NCBI GenBank assembly: GCA_963783385.1
Contig: CAWANJ010000009.1
Span: forward strand, 576,001-640,000
Reading direction: 5' to 3'
Source of the DNA: an uncultured Gemmatimonadales bacterium
Lineage (GTDB): Bacteria; Gemmatimonadota; Gemmatimonadetes; Palauibacterales; Palauibacteraceae
DNA length: 64,000 nucleotides
Part shown: positions 1 to 12,509 of the stretch, piece by piece
Position numbering within the stretch: position 1 is the first letter of the stretch
Layout of the letters: each line of letters opens with the position of its first letter
The notes under the pieces: generated by a model
The model's input: the letters and a program-made list of their open reading frames with translations, nothing else
The model's database searches: none
Told to the model about the DNA's origin: nothing
Translations under genes and position numbers: made by a program

Positions 1-1207
1 CCGCGGCGCTACTGTCGGCGGGCCGTCCGGCTTCGGTGATCGTGTCGGTCCGGACGCCCGCGGAGTCCGGGGACAGCGAGTCGACGGCCGAGCCCCCCGA
101 GTCTACGCGCGCGAAAGCCAGCTGCAGGGTGTCGCCCCGGACCCAGTTCCGGTCTCCGGCCGAGGGCGCCGGCGAGAAGCCCCGGGCCGAGCCCCCGAGC
201 GTGTCGGCGGCGGTGTCTCCGACCTCGATGGCGCTGGAGCCGCCCACGGACACGAGACTGTCGATGTCCCCGTCCCGGAAAGCGAACACCAGGGAGTCCC
301 CGTCCAGCCGGTACGGGGCCGAGACGGCCAGGGCGGGCTTCGGGCCATGGGCCCACAGGCGCTCGATGCGATCTCCCGCCACGCGGGCGTCGATGGCATC
401 CGCGAACAGCCGGAAGGACTTCCCGGACGCCTGGGCCTCGCCCCTCGACGTCACGGTCCGCACCTTTCCGGAGTCGATCACGGCGGAGATCACGCTGCCG
501 GCGAGCCGGAACTGCTCGCTCGTCACCACCGGGTTCCCCAGGAGCCGTCCCTCGTGCGCGTCGGACAGGTAGACCGCGCTGTCCGAGCGTGCCCGGGTCT
601 TGCCGCGCACGATGCGCACGTCGCCGCGCATGCGGGCGTCCGAGTCGCCCAGGAACACCATCCGGTCCGCATCGATCTCCGCCGGCGGCCCCTTCCCCGT
701 CGTGTCGCGGACGGTGAGGTGGGGCCGGCCGGTGGCCACGGTGCGCTGGGGACCGCCGCCTCCCGAGCGGAAGAACTCAACCCGGGGACCCGTGAGCACG
801 GACTTCGACTCGAGGCGGACCAGCCGAACGCGTCCGTAGGCCACGATCCGATCCTGGTCCTGCCAGTACGCGAGGGAGTCGGCGGTCAGGGTGCGGACGC
901 TGTCCCGGTAGTCCACCGAGCCGATCATCTCGAACTTGCGCTCGCGGTCGTACTTGATGCCGCTGTCGGCCGCCATGCGCGCCGATCCGCACGTCCAGCG
1001 CAGCCCGCCGCCCACGTGCGTCACGTACTGGTCGGGGCCCACCCGGTGACTCACCATGCGCGTGCTGTCGCCGCGCGGGAGCAGGATGACCGTACAGGAC
1101 CTGGACTCGGGACTCCCGGCCGTGTCGGCGCCCTGGCCGGCCAGGGCGCCGGCGCCCAGGGCCATCCCCAGCACGGCGGCGACGAGCGCCCGGAACCCGG
1201 ATCTCAC
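1..1207 (-). CDS. LptA/OstA-like periplasmic beta-jellyroll protein; 3' end runs off the window
   Basis: Hand-translated from GTG at 1207 overlapping the lptC stop: MRSGFRALVAAVLGMALGAGALAGQ (signal peptide) ... RMAADS ... VDYRDSVRTLTADSLAY ... EIDADRMVF, i.e. repeated OstA-type 'ADS' strands. Lies directly after lptC. Absent from the ORF track because it reaches the window edge. Confidence 0.75.
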   Translation of the reverse strand, partial: MRSGFRALVAAVLGMALGAGALAGQGADTAGSPESRSCTVILLPRGDSTRMVSHRVGPDQYVTHVGGGLRWTCGSARMAADSGIKYDRERKFEMIGSVDYRDSVRTLTADSLAYWQDQDRIVAYGRVRLVRLESKSVLTGPRVEFFRSGGGGPQRTVATGRPHLTVRDTTGKGPPAEIDADRMVFLGDSDARMRGDVRIVRGKTRARSDSAVYLSDAHEGRLLGNPVVTSEQFRLAGSVISAVIDSGKVRTVTSRGEAQASGKSFRLFADAIDARVAGDRIERLWAHGPKPALAVSAPYRLDGDSLVFAFRDGDIDSLVSVGGSSAIEVGDTAADTLGGSARGFSPAPSAGDRNWVRGDTLQLAFARVDSGGSAVDSLSPDSAGVRTDTITEAGRPADSSAA

Positions 1208-1770
1208 GGCTTCCGCGTCGGGCTCCCGACGGCCGTCGTGTCTGGCGGCGAGACGGCCGCGGGACGCGTCACCCGCAGGGTGTCGAGCCCGGGATCCGTC
1301 ACGAAGCCCCGGCCACGCAGCGTGTCACGGCCGCGGTACAGAACGAAGGTGGTGTCTCCGCGGAGCCGATCCGTGGACGCGTCGAAGTGGAGCCGGGAGG
1401 TCAGCAGCCGCTGCCCGCCCGTAGAGTCGACCACGACCACGTCGTCGCTGGCGGTCATGTCTCCCGACTTCATGTCGTACACGCCGTCCACGGCCGTGAG
1501 CGTCGACCGACGATCGCCGGCCCCGTCGAAGAAATCGATCCGATAGCGCCTGAAGTGCGCGACCGAGCCGTTCTGGAGGAAGTAGGCCGTGTCCGCCTGC
1601 AGGTGGGCGCGCCGCACGCCGTCCCGGGTCATCGTGTGCTCGACGCCGACCATGACCTGGTCCGCGTCGAGCTGCAGGAGGTCGGGGCTGGCCACGTCGA
1701 CCTTGTGGTCGCCGCCGCACGCCGCCGCCCCGACGAGCAGCACGGCCGCCAGCACCGGGAGCCGCCTCAC
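1204..1770 (-). CDS. lptC: LPS export ABC transporter periplasmic protein LptC
   Basis: Signal with lipobox-like AAAC; LQADTAYF, STLTAVDGVYD, LLTSRLHFD, LRGRGFVTDP motifs; kdsD-lptC-lptA synteny. Confidence 0.85.
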   Translation of the reverse strand: MRRLPVLAAVLLVGAAACGGDHKVDVASPDLLQLDADQVMVGVEHTMTRDGVRRAHLQADTAYFLQNGSVAHFRRYRIDFFDGAGDRRSTLTAVDGVYDMKSGDMTASDDVVVVDSTGGQRLLTSRLHFDASTDRLRGDTTFVLYRGRDTLRGRGFVTDPGLDTLRVTRPAAVSPPDTTAVGSPTRKP

Positions 1771-2738
1771 GCGACGCCCGCGCGCAGGAGGTCGTGCAGG
1801 TGAACGATGCCCAGGAGGCGGCGCTCGGGGTCCACCACGGGCAGCGCCATGATGCCGTGCTCCTCCATGACCCGTACGGCTTCCGCCGCGAGGGAGTCCG
1901 GGCCGATGAGCCGGGCGTCGCCCGTCATGGCCTCGGCCACCGGGCGGCCCAGGAAGTCGGGGTGGCTCTCGGCGTAGCGCGTCAGATCGCCGGCGGTGAT
2001 CACTCCCACGACGGTCCCCCCGCCGTCCAGGACCGGCACCGTCCCCCGACGGTGGGCGATCTCCCGCATGGCCAGCTCCAGGGTGGCCTCCGGCGGGAGC
2101 GACGGCACCTGCTCGGGGTCGGTCAGCATGACGTCGCGGATCCTCCAGAGCAGGCGCCGGCCCAGGCTACCGGCCGGGTGGAGATGCGCGAAGTCCTCGG
2201 CACCGAAGCCTCGCACGGCCAGGAGGGCCATGGCGAGCGCATCGCCCAGCGCCATGGCGGCGGTCGAGCTGGCGGTCGGCGCCAGGTCCAGCGGACACGC
2301 CTCCTCGGGCACGCCGGCGTCCAGCACGACCTCGGCGTGCCGGGCCAGCGTCGAGCCGGGCGCGCCGGTGAGGGCCAGGACGGGGATGCCCAGCCGCGCT
2401 ACGGCCGGCAGCAGACGAGCGATCTCCTCCGATTCCCCGCTCCTCGAGATGGCCACGAGGAGATCGCCGCGCACCAGCATGCCGAGGTCTCCGTGCGCCC
2501 CTTCCACCGGATGGAGGAACAGCGCGGGCGTCCCCGTCGAAGCCAGGGTGGAGGCCACCTTGCGCGCCACCACGCCGGACTTTCCCACCCCGGTCACCAC
2601 CACGCGTCCCCGGCACGCCTCCATGCGGCGCACGGCCTCCACGAAGCCTTCGCCCAGGCGACCCGCCACCGCGCGGATGCCCTCCGCCTCGGTTCCCAGC
2701 ACCTCGCGGCCACGCCGCAGGATCTCCTCGTCGGTCAC
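1767..2738 (-). CDS. kdsD: D-arabinose 5-phosphate isomerase (KpsF/GutQ family, SIS + 2 CBS)
   Basis: VTGVGKSG, HGDLG, EEACPLDLAPTASST, HPAGSLG and C-terminal CBS pair; GTG start overlaps kdsC stop. Confidence 0.95.
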   Translation of the reverse strand: MTDEEILRRGREVLGTEAEGIRAVAGRLGEGFVEAVRRMEACRGRVVVTGVGKSGVVARKVASTLASTGTPALFLHPVEGAHGDLGMLVRGDLLVAISRSGESEEIARLLPAVARLGIPVLALTGAPGSTLARHAEVVLDAGVPEEACPLDLAPTASSTAAMALGDALAMALLAVRGFGAEDFAHLHPAGSLGRRLLWRIRDVMLTDPEQVPSLPPEATLELAMREIAHRRGTVPVLDGGGTVVGVITAGDLTRYAESHPDFLGRPVAEAMTGDARLIGPDSLAAEAVRVMEEHGIMALPVVDPERRLLGIVHLHDLLRAGVA

Positions 2739-3319
2739 GGCCCCTCCCCTCCCCCGCCGGAGCGGGCCCGGGCCACGTAGGCCGCGACACGCTCCTCCCA
2801 CTGACCCCGCGCCCGCAGGAGAGCCTCGGCGAATTCCCTGACCACGCCGTCCCCGCCTCGATGCTCCGAGCACCACAGGGCCACTTCCCGCACCTCCGGC
2901 GCGGCGTCCGCCACGGCGGCCGGGAGGCCCACGTGCTCGAGCAGCGCCAGGTCCGGGAGGTCGTCGGCCAGGCAGGCGACCTCGTTCCACCGAAGGTCGC
3001 GCGCCTCCGCGATGCCACGGACCACGGACACCTTGTCCCAGGGCGGGACCTGGTGGACCTCCTCGATCCCCAGCTCCCGGGCCCTCTCCCGCACCGCAGC
3101 CGACGAGCGTCCCGAAACGATCGCCGACTCGACGCCGGCCGCGCGCAGCAGGTGGACGGCGACCCCGTCACGGACGTGGAACCGGCGAAGCTGGAAGGGC
3201 TCGCCCCCGACGCCGTCCGCCACGTAGATGCCACCGTCCGTGAGGACGCCGTCGGCGTCCAGCACCAGCAGGCGGATGCGCCGGGCGATCCTGCGGAAAA
3301 TCTCTGCGCGGTCGCTCAC
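2735..3319 (-). CDS. kdsC: KDO 8-phosphate phosphatase (HAD family)
   Basis: LLVLDADGVLTDG, FHVRDG, IVSGR, DDLPD, GGDGVVREF; start GTG at 3319. Confidence 0.92.
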   Translation of the reverse strand: MSDRAEIFRRIARRIRLLVLDADGVLTDGGIYVADGVGGEPFQLRRFHVRDGVAVHLLRAAGVESAIVSGRSSAAVRERARELGIEEVHQVPPWDKVSVVRGIAEARDLRWNEVACLADDLPDLALLEHVGLPAAVADAAPEVREVALWCSEHRGGDGVVREFAEALLRARGQWEERVAAYVARARSGGGGEGP

Positions 3320-4134
3320 GCTCCGCCCACCGCCTCGCGGATCTCCAGAGCGCGGGCCAGGAGTGGCTCGAGCCGATCGAGCGGCAGCATGCTCGCGGCG
3401 TCGGAGGGAGCGGTCTCCGGAGTCGGATGGACCTCCAGGTAGAGCCCGTCGGCCCCGGCCGCCACCGCGGCGCGGGCCAGGATCTCGATGAACCGTCGCT
3501 CGCCCCCGCTGCTCCCCCCGGCCGCTCCCGGAAGCTGGACCGCGTGCGTGGCGTCGAACAGGGTCGGGCACGCACACGCCTCCCGCATGACCTCGAAGCT
3601 CCGCATGTCCACGATCCAGCGACCGTAGCCGAACGCCGTGCCCCGTTCCGTCACGGCCAGCCGCTCCGCACCGCCTTCGCGGGCCTTCTGCACGGCGAGC
3701 CCCATCTCCTCGGGCGCCATCCACTGGCCCTTCTTGAGGTTGAGCGGCCGACCCGTGGCCGCCGCCGCCAGGATGAGGTCCGTCTGTCGACACAGAAACG
3801 CCGGGATCTGGAGCACGTCCACGACTCCGGCTACCCGCTCGACCTGGACGGACTCGTGCACATCGGTGAGGACGGGCAGGCCGGTATCCTCGCGGACCTC
3901 TCCGAGGAGGGCCACGCCCGCCTCGAGCCCGGGGCCGCGCGGCGAGTCGGGGCGGCTCCGGTTGGCCTTGTCGAAGGACGCCTTGAACACGACCGGAACT
4001 CCCAGGCGCACCGAGACCTCGGCCAGGTGACGGGCCACGGTCAGGTTGAGCTCCCGGTCCTCGAGCACGCACGGGCCCGCCACGAGAAAGAACGGACCGC
4101 CCGCGCGGAACAGGGGGCCGGGGTCGGAAGCCAC
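3316..4134 (-). CDS. kdsA: KDO 8-phosphate synthase (Cys in AGPC suggests metal-dependent class)
   Basis: AGPCVLE, FKASFDKANRS, QIPAFLCRQTDL, KKGQW, FDATHAVQ. Confidence 0.97.
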   Translation of the reverse strand: MASDPGPLFRAGGPFFLVAGPCVLEDRELNLTVARHLAEVSVRLGVPVVFKASFDKANRSRPDSPRGPGLEAGVALLGEVREDTGLPVLTDVHESVQVERVAGVVDVLQIPAFLCRQTDLILAAAATGRPLNLKKGQWMAPEEMGLAVQKAREGGAERLAVTERGTAFGYGRWIVDMRSFEVMREACACPTLFDATHAVQLPGAAGGSSGGERRFIEILARAAVAAGADGLYLEVHPTPETAPSDAASMLPLDRLEPLLARALEIREAVGGA

Positions 4135-4135
4135 C

Positions 4136-6594
<2,459 letters not shown>

Positions 6595-6639
6595 CGCCGG
6601 CGGCGAGCGGATGCGTGAGTTGATCCATTCACGCACCGG

Positions 6640-6668
6640 AACGTACCCGCGCCGACTCGGCGTGTCAA
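6640..6668 (-). promoter_or_regulatory. sigma70-type promoter of the kdsB-pyrG-kds-lpt operon
   Basis: TTGACA-N17-TACGTT on the minus strand, about 45 nt upstream of the kdsB ATG. Confidence 0.7.
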
Positions 6669-6711
6669 AGTCCCGAGCAGGCCGGCCGTCGGGCGCCGGC
6701 TCCACTCCCCG

Positions 6712-8217
6712 TCAGCGGCGCGCCGATGCCGGGAGGCTGACGTCGAACACCCAGGTCGGGTCCAGGTTCGACGCGGAGGGGTCGATCGCCAGCCCCGCCT
6801 CGATCAGGAACAGCCGGACGCCCCCGATCACGTTGTCGGTGAAGTGGGGCGAGGTCCCCTCTCCCCACGCCGATCCGATCGCATCCCGTACGAAGAGCTC
6901 CGGCCCTCCCACCACCGGAATCCCCACCCGTCCCAGCGGAATGGCCAGGGTCGCCTGGCCGAACAGGAGGCGGGGGCCCCGGAGCGGCAGCACTGGCAGC
7001 GTGGGCAGCGTGCCGGCGCCGCCCAGAGCCGACCAGCGCTGGCCCGGCAGGGAGCCGGACAGGTCGCCACGCGCGATTGCGAAGAACTCCAGCCGCACGC
7101 CCGGGATCGCCTCAGTGCGGCCCGAAACCCTCGCTTCGCCGAGCAAGAAGGAGAAGTCCCCGGCCACCGAGGAGTCCGCCACCTCAGCCGAGACCGACGC
7201 GTCGACTCGCCACGAGCCGGCCCGGCGCCGGTAGCCCACCAGCGCCCGCGCGCTCCACAGGGTGCCCCCCTGCACCGTCGGGTTCGGCCGCACGTCCGCG
7301 TCGGACTTGAAGAACACGGGCAGCCGCAAGGCCGGGAGGCTCCGGTCCCTCTCCCGGAAGGCCGACCACTCCGTGTGCCAACCCGAGGCGCTGGCGGTCA
7401 GAACGCCCGCCCCGAGCCGCTCGGAGCGGTAGTAGTCCCGGTAGTCGCCGGAGCCGAACAGGTAGGCGAGCGAATTGGATATGTCGCCCCGGATCCAGTC
7501 CTCGTTCGTCCGGGTACGCCGCTCCCCTACGAGGTCCACGCGCAGGGTGCCGGTCGGATACCAGCTCTGGCGTAGCGTGCCGCCGAGCGCCTGGATTCCC
7601 CTTGTATGGAACTGGAGGCGCGCCGACAGACTGGGCTGCCACGCCATGCGCGTGGCCCGGGCCGTGGCACCCCAGGAGAAGGTCCACGCCTCGACCCGGT
7701 CGTAAGTCGGGAGGGAGAAGCCGTAGAAGCCCTCCAAGGAGACGGCCCGGGGCACCTTCTCCACGGGCACGATTTCCCACCCCGTGCCCCTCCGGTCCAC
7801 GCGCACGAGGAGATTGGGGCGGTACACGACCTGCCCCTCGACCCTGGCGAGCGAGGACGAATACCAGCCGCCGCCGAGGACCACGGCGTCCCCCTCCACG
7901 CGGGCGCCCGGCCTCAGGAAGAGATCTCCGGCCACGACGTAGATGCTGCCGTGGATGGTGGCCGCCGAGCGTACCGTGGCACCGAGGACCAGGACCGGCC
8001 CGTCCACCTGCGCACCCGGCGCCAGCACGGTGTCGCGCGTCCACAGCCGGTAGCCACCGGCATGCAGGAAGTGGTCGAGCCGCCGCTCCACCGGGCGGTC
8101 CGGACGCGGCACGAACGACACCTCCTGGGCGAGTGCCGGACGCGCCAGGCCGAGGACCGACCCGACCACGACCGCGGCCGCGAGAGCTCCGACTATGCGC
8201 GCCGCCCGACGCCTCAT
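6712..8217 (-). CDS. Hypothetical secreted/outer-membrane protein (N-terminal beta-helix-like repeats, C-terminal probable beta-barrel)
   Basis: Signal peptide ending ALA-QEV; repeats VDGPVLVLGA / IHGSIYVVAGDL / VEGDAVVLGG; then YDRVEAWTFSWG and many aromatic amphipathic strands. Confidence 0.65.
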   Translation of the reverse strand: MRRRAARIVGALAAAVVVGSVLGLARPALAQEVSFVPRPDRPVERRLDHFLHAGGYRLWTRDTVLAPGAQVDGPVLVLGATVRSAATIHGSIYVVAGDLFLRPGARVEGDAVVLGGGWYSSSLARVEGQVVYRPNLLVRVDRRGTGWEIVPVEKVPRAVSLEGFYGFSLPTYDRVEAWTFSWGATARATRMAWQPSLSARLQFHTRGIQALGGTLRQSWYPTGTLRVDLVGERRTRTNEDWIRGDISNSLAYLFGSGDYRDYYRSERLGAGVLTASASGWHTEWSAFRERDRSLPALRLPVFFKSDADVRPNPTVQGGTLWSARALVGYRRRAGSWRVDASVSAEVADSSVAGDFSFLLGEARVSGRTEAIPGVRLEFFAIARGDLSGSLPGQRWSALGGAGTLPTLPVLPLRGPRLLFGQATLAIPLGRVGIPVVGGPELFVRDAIGSAWGEGTSPHFTDNVIGGVRLFLIEAGLAIDPSASNLDPTWVFDVSLPASARR

Positions 8218-8777
8218 CCCTGCTCCTCGGCCGTCCAGCGTTCCCAGACGATCACGCTCCCCGCGTCCGCCCGGTGGCTCAGCGGCTCGAGCCCGTCCGC
8301 GTAGCCCACCGCCAGGATGGCCACCACCGGGACGTCGGCGGGGATGTCCGCCGCCTCGCGCACGTAGGGCTCCCGGAATCCGGTGAGCCAGCTCGTGGCC
8401 AGCCCCACGTCCGCGGCGGCCAGGGCCATGGTCTGGGTGGCCGCCGCGACATCCACCGGAAAGCTGGTGCGGCCGTTGCCGCTCACGTGTGAATGGATCC
8501 TGGCGCAGCAGAGGACCAGCACCGGAGCGGTGCGCGCGTGCGGGTGATTGAAGGCCGCCGCCGCGATCCGGTGACGGCGGAGACCCTCGCGCACGACGAC
8601 GAACCTCCACGGCTGGGCCTCTCCGGCCAATGGAGCCCAGCGTGCCGCCTCGAGCACGCTCGACAGCGCTTCGTCGGGGACGGGACGGTCCGCGAACCGC
8701 GTGGGAGGCCTGCGGTTGCGAACGAGGCTGAGGAGCCGGGAAGTACGGGTCACCAAAGCCGCCCGTTCCCGGACCAT
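8214..8777 (-). CDS. Nitroreductase family protein
   Basis: LEAARWAPLAGEAQPWRFVVV; MALAAADVGLATSW; ILAVGY. Confidence 0.85.
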   Translation of the reverse strand: MVRERAALVTRTSRLLSLVRNRRPPTRFADRPVPDEALSSVLEAARWAPLAGEAQPWRFVVVREGLRRHRIAAAAFNHPHARTAPVLVLCCARIHSHVSGNGRTSFPVDVAAATQTMALAAADVGLATSWLTGFREPYVREAADIPADVPVVAILAVGYADGLEPLSHRADAGSVIVWERWTAEEQG

Positions 8778-8796
8778 CCTGCGATGCGGAGCGCTC

Positions 8797-9690
8797 TCAT
8801 CCGCGGGGATGGAAGCTGCGGTGCACCTGCTTGAGGTAGGCGCGGTCCACGTGCGTGTAGATCTGCGTCGTGCTGATGTCGGCGTGGCCCAGCATCTCCT
8901 GCACCGCAGCGAGGTCCGCCCCGCCCTCGAGGAGGTGCGTGGCGAAGGAATGCCGGAACGTGTGCGGGCTCACCGACCGGCGAATGCCGGCCCGCTCCAC
9001 GTGCCGGCGGACGACCTTCCAGGCGCCCACCCGCGTCAGGGGTCGGCCGTGGTGGTTGAGGAACACCACACCGCGGCTCTCGCCCCGGTCCAGGCGGGGA
9101 CGCGTTTCCCGAAGGTAGCGGCGCAGCGCGTCGATCGCACGGGCGCCCAGGGGCACGAGGCGCTCCTTGGAGCCCTTTCCGCGGACCCGCAGGAGCTCTT
9201 CGTCCAGCAGCAGGTCCAGGATCTCCAGGCCCACGAGCTCGGAGACCCGCAGCCCCGCGCCGTACAGCGTCTCCAGCATGGCCCGGTCCCGGAAGGCCAG
9301 CTCGTGCTCGATCGGAACGGCCGCCAGGATGCGCTCGACCTCGGGGTAGCTGAGGACGTCGGGCAGGGAGCGGCCGGACCGGGGCGATTCCAGCCTCTCG
9401 GTGGGGTCCGAGTCACAGTGTCCTTCGGCCACCGCGAAGGCGAAGTACGCCCGGATCGCGGACAGCTTGCGGGCCACGGTGGAGCCCGCCAGCCCGCGCT
9501 CGACCAGGTCGACGACGAAGTCCCGCAGTCGTCCGTAGTCCACCTCGTCCGCACCGACGGCCCCCCCGGCGCGCACGAACGCGGCCATCTGGCGGCAGTC
9601 CCGCACGTACGCTTCCACCGTCCGGTCGGCCAGCCCCCGCTCGAAGCGCAGGTAGTCCTCGAACGGCTCCAGGAAGAACTCGCGGCTCAC
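8797..9690 (-). CDS. xerD: Tyrosine recombinase XerD
   Basis: RDRAMLETLYGAGLRVSEL, RGKGSKERLVP, HTFRHSFATHLL, LGHADISTTQIYTHV. Confidence 0.93.
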   Translation of the reverse strand: MSREFFLEPFEDYLRFERGLADRTVEAYVRDCRQMAAFVRAGGAVGADEVDYGRLRDFVVDLVERGLAGSTVARKLSAIRAYFAFAVAEGHCDSDPTERLESPRSGRSLPDVLSYPEVERILAAVPIEHELAFRDRAMLETLYGAGLRVSELVGLEILDLLLDEELLRVRGKGSKERLVPLGARAIDALRRYLRETRPRLDRGESRGVVFLNHHGRPLTRVGAWKVVRRHVERAGIRRSVSPHTFRHSFATHLLEGGADLAAVQEMLGHADISTTQIYTHVDRAYLKQVHRSFHPRG

Positions 9691-10328
9691 CCGCCGTCCT
9701 CTCCCGCATCCTGGTGATGATGGCGCGTGCGCCACCACCACCAGGCCGCCGCCGCCGCCGCGACCAGGGCCGCCGCCAGCAGGCCCCGGTTCATGCCCTG
9801 TACCCAGCCCACCAGCCGCGGGATGTTGCGCGACGCCAGGACGCCCAGCTCGAGCAGGGCCCCGTACCACAGGGCCGAGGCGATCCCCAGCGGCAGGAGC
9901 GTACGCCACAGTCCGAGTCCGCTGATCCCGGCGAACACGGGGACCAGCACCCGGAACACGGGCACGAAGCGACTCACGAAGATGGTCGGCATGCCGTAGC
10001 GGTCGTAGAACCTCGACAGCCGCTCGAGCTGGTGAGGCCTGAGAAGCCAGTGGCCCCAGCGTGTCTCGAACACCGCCCGGCCGTAGCGACGGGCCGCCAC
10101 GTACACCAGTCCGGCCAGCACCACGTTGGCCACCCACGCCACCGCGATCACCAGATCCCCCTGGATCACGCCACGGTCGGCCAGGACGCCCCCCACGATG
10201 ACGAACGTGTCCGACGGGACGGGCGGGAAGATGTTCTCGAGGGCCGCCCCGGCGCCGATCACCAGGTAGACGCTGGCGACCGGGAGCGAGGCAATGGCGG
10301 AGAGGATCCGCTCCAGGGCGTCGGTCAC
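9687..10328 (-). CDS. DedA family membrane protein
   Basis: ENIFPPVPSD, Y..ARRYGR, SRFVPVFR motifs; hydrophobic. Confidence 0.9.
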   Translation of the reverse strand: MTDALERILSAIASLPVASVYLVIGAGAALENIFPPVPSDTFVIVGGVLADRGVIQGDLVIAVAWVANVVLAGLVYVAARRYGRAVFETRWGHWLLRPHQLERLSRFYDRYGMPTIFVSRFVPVFRVLVPVFAGISGLGLWRTLLPLGIASALWYGALLELGVLASRNIPRLVGWVQGMNRGLLAAALVAAAAAAWWWWRTRHHHQDAGEDGG

Positions 10329-10343
10329 GAGCGCCTCCGGTCG

Positions 10344-10859
10344 TCAGCCGCCCGAGCGGATCGACGCGTGCAGCGTGTCCAGGTCCCGTATGGAGTCGAG
10401 AAGGGCCACGGCCAGGACGGCGACCCCCTCGCCCCGCCCGATCCATCCCATGCCCTCGTTCGACTTGCCCCGGACGTTCACCGCCGAGGGCGGCACGTGC
10501 AGGACCCCGGCCATGCGGACGGCCATCGCTCCGGCGTGGGGCGCGATGCGAGGACTCTCGGCCACCACCGTCACGTCCACGTTCACCACCTGATAGTTCT
10601 CGCCCTCCACGCGCCGGACCGCCTCGTGGAGCATCGGGAGGGAGTCGGCCCCGGCCAGCTCCGGGTCCGTGTCCGGGAACAGGTCCCCGATGCTGCCCAT
10701 GCCCACCGCCCCTAGAATCGCATCGACGACCGCGTGCAGCACGGCGTCGCCGTCCGAGTGGCCTCCCAGCCCCGCGTGCCCGGTGACGGTCACGCCGCCC
10801 AGGCGCAGGGGTCGTCCGGGATCGAAGGGGTGGGAGTCGTACCCGAGGCCTACGCGCAT
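10344..10859 (-). CDS. ispF: 2-C-methyl-D-erythritol 2,4-cyclodiphosphate synthase
   Basis: MRVGLGYDSH, GHSDGDAVLHAVVDAILGA, IGDLFPDTD, GRGEG. Confidence 0.96.
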   Translation of the reverse strand: MRVGLGYDSHPFDPGRPLRLGGVTVTGHAGLGGHSDGDAVLHAVVDAILGAVGMGSIGDLFPDTDPELAGADSLPMLHEAVRRVEGENYQVVNVDVTVVAESPRIAPHAGAMAVRMAGVLHVPPSAVNVRGKSNEGMGWIGRGEGVAVLAVALLDSIRDLDTLHASIRSGG

Positions 10860-10922
10860 GAAGCGGACGGCACCCGACCGCCCAAGCGCGAGCGGCCGGT
10901 CACCCGGTCGCTGCGCACGAGG

Positions 10923-12177
10923 CTAGTCCTCGTCCCAGCGGCCGATGGCGAGGGCCACGTTGTGACCGCCGAAGCCGAACGAGTTGGAGAGCGCCGTCCG
11001 AACGGGCCTCTCCGTGACTCCCCGGTGTCCGTAATCGAGGTCGCACTCCGGATCGGCTTCCTCGAAATTGATCGTCGGTGGGATGAGGCCCTCCCGGCAC
11101 ACGAGCGTCGAGATCACGGTCTCGACGGCGCCGGCCGCACCCAGGCTGTGTCCGGTCATCGACTTGGTGGACCCCACCACGATCTCGTACGCCCTCTCCC
11201 CGAACACCTTCTTGATGGCCACCGTCTCGGTTGCGTCGTTGGCCGGGGTGGACGTTCCGTGGGCGTTGATATAGTCGATGTCGCCCGGCTCGAGGTTCGC
11301 ATCCAGGAGCGCATGGCGCATCGCCACCTGCGCTCCGGCTCCCTCCGGGGGCGGGGCGGTCATGTGATACGCATCCGCGCTCTGTCCGAAGCCCTTCAGC
11401 TCCGCCAAGATCGTGGCGCCGCGGGCACGCGCGTGCTCCAGGCTCTCCATGATGACCATCCCCGACCCTTCGCCGAGCACGAATCCGTCCCGCCCGGCGT
11501 CGAACGGGCGTGAGGCCGCCTCGGGCGCGTCGTTCCGGGTGGACAGGGCCTTCATGCTGGAGAACCCGGCCACGCACAGCGGAGTGATCGTGGCCTCGGT
11601 GCCGCCGGCAATCATGACGTCCGCCTCCCCCGTCCGGATGGAGCGGAAGGCGAGGCCCACGGCGTGCGCGCTGGAGGCGCAGGCGGACACCGTGCAGTAA
11701 TTGGGGCCTCGAACGCCGTAGCGCATCGGAGATGAGTCCCGCAGCCATGTTGGCGATGAACATCGGGATGAAGAAGGGCGACACCCGGTCCGGTCCCCGC
11801 TCGAGCATCCGGATGTGCTGTTCCTCGAGGGTGGCCAGGCCACCAATGCCGCTGCCCACGATGACCCCCGTTCTATCGGGGGACTCGTCTCGCAGGATGT
11901 CGGCGACGCCCGCCGCCGCGACCGCCTGCTGAGCCGTCGCCAGCGCGAACTGGAGGAAGCGGTCGGTCCGCTTGACCTCCTTGCGGTCCAGGTACTCCGA
12001 GGGATCGAAGTCCTTGACCTCGCAAGCGAACCGGACGTCGTGCCGGGAAGCGTCGAACAGGGTGATCGGTGCCGCTCCGCTGCGCCCCGCGAGCAGGGAC
12101 TCCCAGGTGGAACGCACGTCGTTCCCCACCGCGGTGATGAGGCCGGTGCCCGTGATGACGACGCGTCGGCCGGTCAT
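10923..12177 (-). CDS. fabF: 3-oxoacyl-ACP synthase II; one apparent +1 frameshift at ~11728
   Basis: [15 protein letters not shown] in one frame; [36 protein letters not shown] in another. Removing one base gives ~417 aa. Confidence 0.93.
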
Positions 12178-12215
12178 GGGTCGCCCGCGCTCGGAGACTC
12201 GCGTCCGCCGACCTC

Positions 12216-12455
12216 TCAGTCCTCCTGCTTCTTGGAGAGGTACTCGATCGCGTCACCGACCGTCTGCATCCCCTCCGCATCCTCATCCGGGATCTCGATG
12301 CCGAACTCCTCTTCGAACGCCATGACGAGCTCGACGGTGTCCAGGGAGTCGGCACCCAGATCGTCCACGAAGTGGGCGTCATCGGTGACCTTCTCGATCT
12401 CGACGCCCAGCTCGCTGGCGATGATCTCCTTCACGCGCGCGGCCGTATCCGACAT
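12216..12455 (-). CDS. acpP: Acyl carrier protein
   Basis: [20 protein letters not shown]. Confidence 0.98.
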   Translation of the reverse strand: MSDTAARVKEIIASELGVEIEKVTDDAHFVDDLGADSLDTVELVMAFEEEFGIEIPDEDAEGMQTVGDAIEYLSKKQED

Positions 12456-12509
12456 GTGCGCTTCCTTTCTCGATGGTGATGGGTGTTTCGAACGACGCTG
12501 CGGTCGACC

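Noticed and set aside
6612-6635. kdsB leader palindrome as a Rex, CRP or FNR site
   Set aside because: Half-site spacing (GTGA-N10-TCAC) does not fit the N6 spacing of Rex and CRP boxes, and the FNR right half-site ATCAA is missing.
8797-9690. Tyrosine recombinase as a possible integrase of a mobile element
   Set aside because: Typical chromosomal XerD sequence among housekeeping genes; no att repeats, cargo or composition shift seen.
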